NCBI GenBank assembly: GCA_964539785.1
Contig: CAZIJQ010000002.1
Span: 21,926-85,925 of the forward strand
Direction: 5' to 3'
Source: an uncultured bacterium
Lineage (GTDB): Bacteria; Fidelibacterota; Marinisomatia; Marinisomatales; TCS56
DNA length: 64,000 nucleotides
In this document: positions 56,773 to 64,000 of the stretch, piece after piece
How positions within the stretch are numbered: position 1 is the first letter of the stretch
Layout of the letters: each line of letters opens with the position of its first letter
Program-made: the position numbers and the translations under genes
The notes under the pieces: generated by a model
The model's database searches: none
What the model saw: only the letters and a program-made list of their open reading frames with translations
What the model was told of the DNA's origin: nothing

Positions 56773-59700
56773 TTATTTTTTATTTGCCAGATGTAGAACA
56801 CGGGTCGACCAGTTGCGCAGGTCATCCAGCGTAATGTAGATAGTCGGCAGGATTATCAGGGTAACGATAGTCGAAAAAGCTAACCCACCCACAATTGCCC
56901 GAGCCATTGGGAAATAGGGCGGTCCATCACCGCCAATCAGGGTGCGTCCCATAGTCAATGGTATCAATCCAAGGATTGTCGTACCGGCAGTCATCAGGAT
57001 TGGGCGCAACCGGTATTGACCGGCTTGCAGGATGGCTTCCCGGCGCGCCATACCCCGTTCGCGCAATTGGTTAACATAATCGATTAGTACAATTCCATTA
57101 TTTACCACCACACCTATCAGGATTAACACACCCGTCCAGGCCATCAAATCAAAATTGGTTCCGGTAATGAAAAAGAACCAGAAGACTCCGACAATGGCAA
57201 AAATGATTGATGACCAGATTGCCGCCGGCAAAATTAGTGACTCAAACAAGGCTGCCATGACAAAGTAGATCAACGCCAGCGCCATCAATGTATTCAACAT
57301 CATCATTTGCGAGGTCTCGTCTTCATAGTCGAAAGTCCGGCCGAAATTATAGGAATAGCCGGTGGGGAAATTATAACCATCCAAAACTTCCCTGATTTTA
57401 CCCCGGGCCTCATCAACTGTCACCCCATCCAGATCCAGGGAAATCCCCATGATTGTGGTGCGATTTTCCCGGAAAATACGCCGTGGTCCGCTCCGGAATC
57501 TGAAATCAGCCAACGATGCTAATTTGACTACATCACCGTTTTCGGTAAACAAGGATATATCTTTCAGATTATCCAGGGTGCGATCCTCTTCTTTCTGGAT
57601 CATTATCCGCACATCAATTTCCCCGTCTTCCCCACGCAAACGCCGTAAATTCATACCACGCATGGAAATGGAAATCGTTTGGGCAATTTCCCGGGCAGAA
57701 AAACCGTACTGCCGGGCTCGATCACGATTAATAACGACCTGAACCTCCTGACTGCCGGTTTCCGCCTCCGACCTCACGTCTGTAAACCCGGGAATTTGTG
57801 CTAACACCCAGGCAATTTCTTCCGCCAATACTACCAGTCGTTCGCTGGATTTACCAACCAATTGAACTCGCACCCCTTCCCCGCTGCCCTGACGATTATG
57901 ACGCTCAAAGGTCGGTTGAGCGATCGCCAGTTTTGGTAAATTGGCACGAATTTCCTCTTTAATCTGATCCAAAGATTTCTGGGAATCTTCTTTATCTTTT
58001 AGAATGATTGTGGATTGGGCGTAATTGGTAGTGTAATATGTATAAATCGATTTTATCTCAAACTCATCTTGATTTGCGAAGAGATATTCCTCGATAACAT
58101 CAACTGCATGTTCAATCTTTTCCAGCTTATAATTACCATTGATCTCATAACGCAATCGGATACGGCGATCTTCCTGAGGTGGGAACATATCTTTGGAAAC
58201 AAATTTCATGGGAATCGCAACCGAGGCCAACATCAGGAATACAATCAATAAACTGATTTTATGATGACTTATCAACCAGGCCAGAATCCGTGTATATCCG
58301 CTAACCATTTTGTCCACTGAAGTAGGCTTTGGGTTGGTCAGGCGTAATTGTACATGGCGGGCAATCAGCGGAATTATGGTTTGAGCGATTAACAGTGAGG
58401 CAACCAGCGCAAATACAATCGTCAACCCCACATGCTTGAGATACATTGATACTTCGTTTCTGTCATTGATAATATTCGGCAAGAAAACAATTGCCGTCGT
58501 AATTGTACCGGCCGTAATTGCCAGTGCGACTTCCTTGACCCCGGTTCTGATTGCAGCGCCTTTCCCGGTTTGATTATTCTGGCGATGGCGATAAATACTT
58601 TCGGTCACAACTACCCCGTTGTCGACCAGCATCCCTACCGACAACATCAAGCCCATCATTGTCAGAATGTTCAGTGATAAACCGAAGAAATACAGCAGGG
58701 CAATTGTCACCAGCAGTGAAAAAGGCACCGCTAGGATCACCATCATGGTGGTCTGGAATTTGCGTAAGAAATAGAACAGCAGGGCGATGGCGAAGAAAGC
58801 CCCCAATAAACCAGACTTGAGCAATTCTTCCATGGAGGACAGGATTCCCTCAGCCTGATTATTCATGTAGAAAATTGATATCCCGGCCATCTCTGGCAGC
58901 AGACTGATCTCATCGATTTCGGCCAGGACGGCATCGGTTACTTCAATTGTATTGGCCCCGGATTCTTTGAAAACATCAAGCCCAATTGCGTATTGACGAT
59001 CCAGGTGCCGGCCATAATCCAGCACCGGATGCTCATAGGTTACATTGGCAACATCTCTGAGCCGCAAGCCATACGAACTGATTATTAAATTTTCATAATC
59101 TGCGGCTGATTTCAATTCCCCCATGGGCCGCACTACAAAACGGTGTTTGCCGTCAGTGATCCGGCCAGCAGATACCGAAAAATTAGATTGGGTCAAAATT
59201 TGCGATAATTGGTTCAAATCGATGTTGTGGGCTTTTATGCGATCTAATAATAATTCGATGCGAATCTGCTTTTTCTCGATGCCATATAATTCGACCCGGG
59301 ATATACCGTTAATCCGCTCCAGGCGTCGTTTAATATTCCGATTCAACATATCATAAGCACTGGACAAATCACGCTCACTGGAAATTCGCAGATTCAGAAT
59401 TTCCCAATCACTGGAAGACCATTTATTGACAAAAAAGCGCTCTAAATCAGCAGGCCACAGATGGCGAATTCCATTAAGCTTTTCCTGGGCTTCCATAGCT
59501 TTAATAGCTGTGTTTTCGCCCCAGTTAAATTCCAGTTGAACCCAGGCACCTCCAGCATGGGAATTAGACATTATTCGCTTAACACCGGTAATTGTGCCCA
59601 ACACTTCTTCAGCCGGGCGTGTAATCTGTCGTTCATTCTCTTCCGGAGTGGAACCGAGATAAGGAATTTCTATCCAGATCTGCGGTCCCTGAACCTCGGG

Positions 59701-59811
59701 AAAATATTCGATGGGAATCAGACGCGTGGATATCATGCCGATTACAATCAAACAAGTGAAAATCATGATGACTGTAATCGGTCGCCGGAGTGAGAATTCG
59801 GTAAGATTCAC
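56773..59811 (-). CDS. RND-family efflux transporter permease (AcrB/MdtC-like)
   Basis: 1012 aa. The N-terminal FSLRRPITVIMIF and overall 12-TM / two-large-loop architecture fit the family, as does the GMLVDNGVVVTESI motif. Confidence 0.85.
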   Translation of the reverse strand: MNLTEFSLRRPITVIMIFTCLIVIGMISTRLIPIEYFPEVQGPQIWIEIPYLGSTPEENERQITRPAEEVLGTITGVKRIMSNSHAGGAWVQLEFNWGENTAIKAMEAQEKLNGIRHLWPADLERFFVNKWSSSDWEILNLRISSERDLSSAYDMLNRNIKRRLERINGISRVELYGIEKKQIRIELLLDRIKAHNIDLNQLSQILTQSNFSVSAGRITDGKHRFVVRPMGELKSAADYENLIISSYGLRLRDVANVTYEHPVLDYGRHLDRQYAIGLDVFKESGANTIEVTDAVLAEIDEISLLPEMAGISIFYMNNQAEGILSSMEELLKSGLLGAFFAIALLFYFLRKFQTTMMVILAVPFSLLVTIALLYFFGLSLNILTMMGLMLSVGMLVDNGVVVTESIYRHRQNNQTGKGAAIRTGVKEVALAITAGTITTAIVFLPNIINDRNEVSMYLKHVGLTIVFALVASLLIAQTIIPLIARHVQLRLTNPKPTSVDKMVSGYTRILAWLISHHKISLLIVFLMLASVAIPMKFVSKDMFPPQEDRRIRLRYEINGNYKLEKIEHAVDVIEEYLFANQDEFEIKSIYTYYTTNYAQSTIILKDKEDSQKSLDQIKEEIRANLPKLAIAQPTFERHNRQGSGEGVRVQLVGKSSERLVVLAEEIAWVLAQIPGFTDVRSEAETGSQEVQVVINRDRARQYGFSAREIAQTISISMRGMNLRRLRGEDGEIDVRIMIQKEEDRTLDNLKDISLFTENGDVVKLASLADFRFRSGPRRIFRENRTTIMGISLDLDGVTVDEARGKIREVLDGYNFPTGYSYNFGRTFDYEDETSQMMMLNTLMALALIYFVMAALFESLILPAAIWSSIIFAIVGVFWFFFITGTNFDLMAWTGVLILIGVVVNNGIVLIDYVNQLRERGMARREAILQAGQYRLRPILMTAGTTILGLIPLTMGRTLIGGDGPPYFPMARAIVGGLAFSTIVTLIILPTIYITLDDLRNWSTRVLHLANKK

Positions 59812-59814
59812 TGA

Positions 59815-62800
59815 TTAACCGGTCTTTTCGGGGACAATTGTTTTTCTATCAACGAGCGAATAAACAACAGGAATTACAATAAGCGTCAGCAGGGTGGAAA
59901 CCAACAGGCCGCCAATTACCGTAATTGCCATGGGTGCACGCACTTCAGACCCTTCACCAAATCCCATTGCCAAGGGCAGCAATCCCAGAGCCGTGGTCAG
60001 GGTGGTCATAACAATAGGACGTAATCGGGATCGACCAGCATCGATAATTGCATCAAATTTTGACATACCACGGCGCCGTAATTGATTGATCAAATCAATA
60101 AGAACAATTGCATTATTGACCACAATCCCGGCCAGTAATATCAATCCGATAAAGACCACCACACTCAGGGAAGATCCGGTGATAAACAAAGCCCAGATCG
60201 CGCCAATCAAAGCCAACGGAATTGTGAACAGGATGATAAACGGGTGCAGCAGGGATTCGAATTGGGAAGCCATCACCAGGTAGACCAGAAAAACTGCCAA
60301 TAACAACGCAAATCGCAGTGATTTGAAAGCGATGTCCATTTCTTCATTCTGCCCGGCCAGACGGACTGACAGCTCTTCAGGAACAGTAACATCCTGTAAT
60401 ATAACAGCTATTTCCTCTGCCGCCGCGTTCAGATCACCATAATTCAAATTTGCAGTAACCTGAGCTACCCGCTCCTGGCCGGTCCGGCGGATTTCTCCTG
60501 GGCCAGTCTCCACAATCACATCAGCAACTGCCGTTAGCGGTACCGGCCGATCACTGTCCGGATTGATGATCATGTTTTTGATCAATTTCACCGAATTCCG
60601 ATCTTCATCCCGAGCCCTAACCAGTACATCAATTTTTCGATCACGCCAGGAATAGCGGGTTGCAACTTCGCCACGGACCTTCTTTACAATTCGATTGGCA
60701 ATTTGATATACCGGTAAGCCCAGAGCGGCAGCCCGTTCCCGATCAAAATAAATCTGGATTTCCGGATGACCACTTTCCATGGTCGATTTCACATCGGCAA
60801 ACCGGTCATTTGTCGATAATCGGCGGGCAATATCATTACTCACCTGCTTTAATTTATCCAAATCGTAACCGGCCACCTCAATTTCGACCGGAGTACGGAA
60901 TGAAAACAGGGTGGGCTGGGAAAATTTATACTGCAAATCCGGCACTTGTCCCAAATGATTCCGCAAATCGGAGATAATCAATTCATCACCATTTCGCAGC
61001 GATTTATCAGACATGCTGACGATCATCTCACCCCAGTTTTCTCCACCTTCCTCCGGATTGGCATCCATTCGATTACCGGTTCCGGAGACAGCAAAGGAAG
61101 TGCGAACATTTTCAATCTTACCAGCAGCCATTTGAATACCGGATATAATCCGGTCGGTCTGTTCCAGTGGCGTGCCCGGTGGCATCTTGAATTCAACATT
61201 GAATTCCCCCTGTGACAATTGGGGAATCAATTCCATCCCAATCATAGGCAGCAGCAGCAATGATCCGAGAAACATTATTAATGCAATCCCAAATACCAGC
61301 GCCCGGTGCACCAGCGCCCACCGCAGAAGTGGCGGATAACGGTCGGACAGTGCATCGTAAATTCGGTTGAATATTATTACTAACGGACGAATAATTAAAT
61401 TCATCAGCCGTCCAATCAGCTTGAAAAACCGCCCCAACCAGTGTGCAATAAAGACCGGAATAGTATTGAAAAGGACAAGTCTGATTTTTCGAAGTACGCG
61501 CCCAACTTTGGTCCGGGGTGTTTTCAATTCAACGCTATCAATTGATACTGTTTTAGTTTTTCCAATCGATGCTAACATTGGGATCAAGGTCACCGCAACC
61601 AGCAGGGATGCTAATAAAGCAAATGTTACGGTGAGCGCTTGATCCCGAAATAATTGACCGGCAATTCCTTTAACAAATACCAGTGGAAAAAATACTGCCA
61701 CAGTGGTCAGCGTTGAGGCAACCACAGCCATACTGACTTCGCCTGCACCATCTTGGGCGGAAGTAAGGATATCCTTGCCCATTTCCCGATGACGGCTGAT
61801 GTTTTCCAAAACGACTATTGAATTATCGAGCAGCATTCCAATACCCAGGGCTATCCCCCCCAACGACATGATATTCAGCGTCAGATCGGCGCCATACATG
61901 AGATTGAAAGTAGCAATAACAGAAACCGGGATAGACATGGATATAATCAGGGTCGCCCAGATATTGCGTAGGAATAAATACAGAATTAATATCGCCAGAA
62001 AACCACCAATCAAACCGGCATTTATGACTTCCCGCACGGCCTGTGAAATAAACGTCGACTGGTCATAGATTTTAACTAATTCTATATTATCGCCCAGCAT
62101 TTTCCGGACCCGGCCCAACCTTTTCTCCACTTCGCCGGCGACAGCTACCGTATTGGCATCGCCTTCTTTATAAATTGCAATTTCTACCGCTTCCCGTCCA
62201 TCAATGCGGGTGATGGCCTCCCGTTCTTTGAAACCGTGCCGTACTGTTGCAACATCTCTGAGATACACCGGTTTGTTATTGTCACTGGTCAATATCACAT
62301 CGCCGATTTCGCCGACAGTCTGAAACTGGTTTAGTGTGCGCACCAAATATTGCTGGGTCCCTTCGGCCAGGCGGCCACCGGATAAATTCACATTCTCAGC
62401 TCCCAATAAATCGATGACCCTTCCGATAGGAAAATTCAATTGAGCTAACCGTGCTTGATCAACCAGAACCTGAATTTCATCTTCAAGTCCGCCACTGACC
62501 TTAACGGCTGCTACACCGAGCGCTGATTCCAGTTCTTCTTTTATTTCCTCATCGGCAAAACGGCGCAAATATTTCAGTTTTTCCTCATCGAACCCAATTT
62601 CAGCCTCAGCCAGTTGGCTATTCGATGAATCAATGGCAGTTTTTTTCGCTGTCAATCCAAACCGGATGATGGGGTCCAGAGAAGGATCAAAACGCAACAC
62701 TACCGGCCGGGTAACATCTAATGGAAGCAGCAGGGCATCAAGTTTTTCCCGCACATCCATGCTGGCGAAATCCATTTTTGTACCCCAGGCAAATTCCAGG

Positions 62801-63075
62801 ACTACATCCGATTGACCCGAGCGTGAAATGGATCGGACCTGCTGAACATTTTTCACTACCCCCAGCGCTTCTTCCACCGGCTTGGTAATCAAATTTTCCA
62901 CTTCCGCCGGGGCGGCGCCGATATAATTAGTTCGAATTGTGAGCGTCGGGTAAGTCAGGTCCGGCAATAAATTGACTTTTAGCCGGCTGAACGATACCAT
63001 GCCAAAAAGCAGTACTGCCACGGTAAACATGGCTATTGTAACTCTCCGACGGATCGAAAGATCAATAATTTTCAT
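59815..63075 (-). CDS. RND-family efflux transporter permease (AcrB/MdtB-like)
   Basis: 1086 aa with LSIRRRVTIAMF, GMLLDNSIVVLENI and GIVVNNAIVLIDL. It is separated by 3 nt from the downstream RND gene. Confidence 0.85.
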   Translation of the reverse strand: MKIIDLSIRRRVTIAMFTVAVLLFGMVSFSRLKVNLLPDLTYPTLTIRTNYIGAAPAEVENLITKPVEEALGVVKNVQQVRSISRSGQSDVVLEFAWGTKMDFASMDVREKLDALLLPLDVTRPVVLRFDPSLDPIIRFGLTAKKTAIDSSNSQLAEAEIGFDEEKLKYLRRFADEEIKEELESALGVAAVKVSGGLEDEIQVLVDQARLAQLNFPIGRVIDLLGAENVNLSGGRLAEGTQQYLVRTLNQFQTVGEIGDVILTSDNNKPVYLRDVATVRHGFKEREAITRIDGREAVEIAIYKEGDANTVAVAGEVEKRLGRVRKMLGDNIELVKIYDQSTFISQAVREVINAGLIGGFLAILILYLFLRNIWATLIISMSIPVSVIATFNLMYGADLTLNIMSLGGIALGIGMLLDNSIVVLENISRHREMGKDILTSAQDGAGEVSMAVVASTLTTVAVFFPLVFVKGIAGQLFRDQALTVTFALLASLLVAVTLIPMLASIGKTKTVSIDSVELKTPRTKVGRVLRKIRLVLFNTIPVFIAHWLGRFFKLIGRLMNLIIRPLVIIFNRIYDALSDRYPPLLRWALVHRALVFGIALIMFLGSLLLLPMIGMELIPQLSQGEFNVEFKMPPGTPLEQTDRIISGIQMAAGKIENVRTSFAVSGTGNRMDANPEEGGENWGEMIVSMSDKSLRNGDELIISDLRNHLGQVPDLQYKFSQPTLFSFRTPVEIEVAGYDLDKLKQVSNDIARRLSTNDRFADVKSTMESGHPEIQIYFDRERAAALGLPVYQIANRIVKKVRGEVATRYSWRDRKIDVLVRARDEDRNSVKLIKNMIINPDSDRPVPLTAVADVIVETGPGEIRRTGQERVAQVTANLNYGDLNAAAEEIAVILQDVTVPEELSVRLAGQNEEMDIAFKSLRFALLLAVFLVYLVMASQFESLLHPFIILFTIPLALIGAIWALFITGSSLSVVVFIGLILLAGIVVNNAIVLIDLINQLRRRGMSKFDAIIDAGRSRLRPIVMTTLTTALGLLPLAMGFGEGSEVRAPMAITVIGGLLVSTLLTLIVIPVVYSLVDRKTIVPEKTG

Positions 63076-63095
63076 TGAAAGCCTACCCCTGCGGT

Positions 63096-64000
63096 TTAAT
63101 TGTCAATGATGTCAATTAGAGCACTGTCTTTTAAACTACCCTGCCCCATTACAACAACCGTATCCGAGATTGTCAGACCGGAGAGTATTTCCAGGTGAGA
63201 AGTATTGACATAACCAGTAACAACTTTTTCGCGGAAAACCATGCTATCCCGGACGACAAAAACTAATGATTCATCGTCCTCCAAAAGAATGGCTTCCCGG
63301 GGTACCATTAAAATATTCTCATGTATGTCATAAATGATACTAACACGGGAAAACATCCCAACTTTTAACAGTCCCAGTTCATCATTAACAACGATTGTAA
63401 CCTTCACCGTACCGGTTCGGGGATCAACAATCGGACTAATTCGATCAATTCTTCCGTCGAAAGTGGTCTCAGTCAGAGCATCGACTGTAAGCAGCGCTTT
63501 CTGTCCGACTGCCAGTTTGCCAATTTCACGCTCAGGAACGTACAGCACAGCCAGCAACGGTTCAAAATCAGTTACTCTGAAAGCTGTGGCATTAGTTAAA
63601 ACCATATTACCCACTTTAATGTGCCGTTCGGTAATGATCCCCCCTATCGGAGAGCGAATTTCAGTATAACCCAGATTCAAATTGACCAGATCTCGAGCGG
63701 CTTGCTGTGATTCCAATTCAAATTTTGCCTGCTGATAAATTTCAACGCTGATGGCATCTTTCTGGAATAAAGTTTCCTTGCGCTTAAAATCTTCTTTCAA
63801 TCGCTGGAACCGGGCTTCCGATTGGGCCAGTTCGACGGTCAGTATTTCTCCATCTAAGCGGGCAAGAATAGCGCCTGCTTGTATACGATCACCTTCCTCA
63901 ATCAGTATTTCCTGTACTACACCACTGACCTTGGCAACGACCTGGGCATCTTCCTCGGCTGCGAGCGTAGCAGTCCCATTGAAATAGGCAGCGATAGCGC
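63096..64000 (-). CDS. RND efflux membrane-fusion (periplasmic adaptor, HlyD-family) protein, 5'-partial at window edge
   Basis: The track ORF begins at a TTG, but the frame stays open to the window end (...VAKVSGVVQEILIEEGDRIQAGAILARLDG... biotinyl-lipoyl-like hairpin, then a coiled coil, then IRSPIGGII). It lies 20 nt upstream of the first RND gene. Confidence 0.8.
   Translation of the reverse strand, partial: AIAAYFNGTATLAAEEDAQVVAKVSGVVQEILIEEGDRIQAGAILARLDGEILTVELAQSEARFQRLKEDFKRKETLFQKDAISVEIYQQAKFELESQQAARDLVNLNLGYTEIRSPIGGIITERHIKVGNMVLTNATAFRVTDFEPLLAVLYVPEREIGKLAVGQKALLTVDALTETTFDGRIDRISPIVDPRTGTVKVTIVVNDELGLLKVGMFSRVSIIYDIHENILMVPREAILLEDDESLVFVVRDSMVFREKVVTGYVNTSHLEILSGLTISDTVVVMGQGSLKDSALIDIIDN

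Overview
This 64-kb window is almost entirely coding. It comes from a diderm bacterium, probably an uncultivated member of the FCB group. The lineage call is inferred from gene content only: several Por/T9SS-type C-terminal sorting domains, a PorV-like barrel, CarboxypepD_reg-TonB receptors, LptF/G and RND efflux genes. Contents from left to right: (1) Central carbon genes: PPi-PFK, acetoacetyl-CoA synthetase, a translationally coupled GAPDH pair whose upstream copy lacks the catalytic Cys, and htpG. (2) A block of about 23 kb (7.8-30.6 kb) of secreted and outer-membrane proteins. It includes two paralogous modules of a giant TonB-dependent receptor plus a ~700-aa FN3 protein with a variant T9SS-like tail. 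No SusD-like gene is present, and a PorV-like gene sits between the modules. I consider this the best candidate for an undescribed surface uptake system. (3) A corrinoid methyltransferase operon: non-Pyl MttB family, MetH-activation-like domain, B12-binding protein and Hcy S-methyltransferase domain. (4) A tricarboxylate operon: citD-citE fusion, citF, HD-like, fused aconitase, IDH-family and PrpD-family genes. Every intercistronic gap in this operon is filled by an inverted-repeat element built from 9-nt CACWGATTW iterons. There are six copies, and one carries a GxxExxY gene. (5) A DUF134 / NifX-like / DUF5320 / MinD-ferredoxin x2 / NifX-like cluster. (6) An acyl-CoA dehydrogenase-family gene followed by a hairpin field. 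(7) tRNA-His and tRNA-Pro, with an 88-bp tandem array of 5' tRNA-Pro fragments and a truncated GIY-YIG gene. (8) lptF/G, deoA, a HEAT-repeat protein and an MFP-RND-RND efflux operon that runs off the right edge. All functional calls rest on motifs read by eye from the supplied translations; no database search was run.
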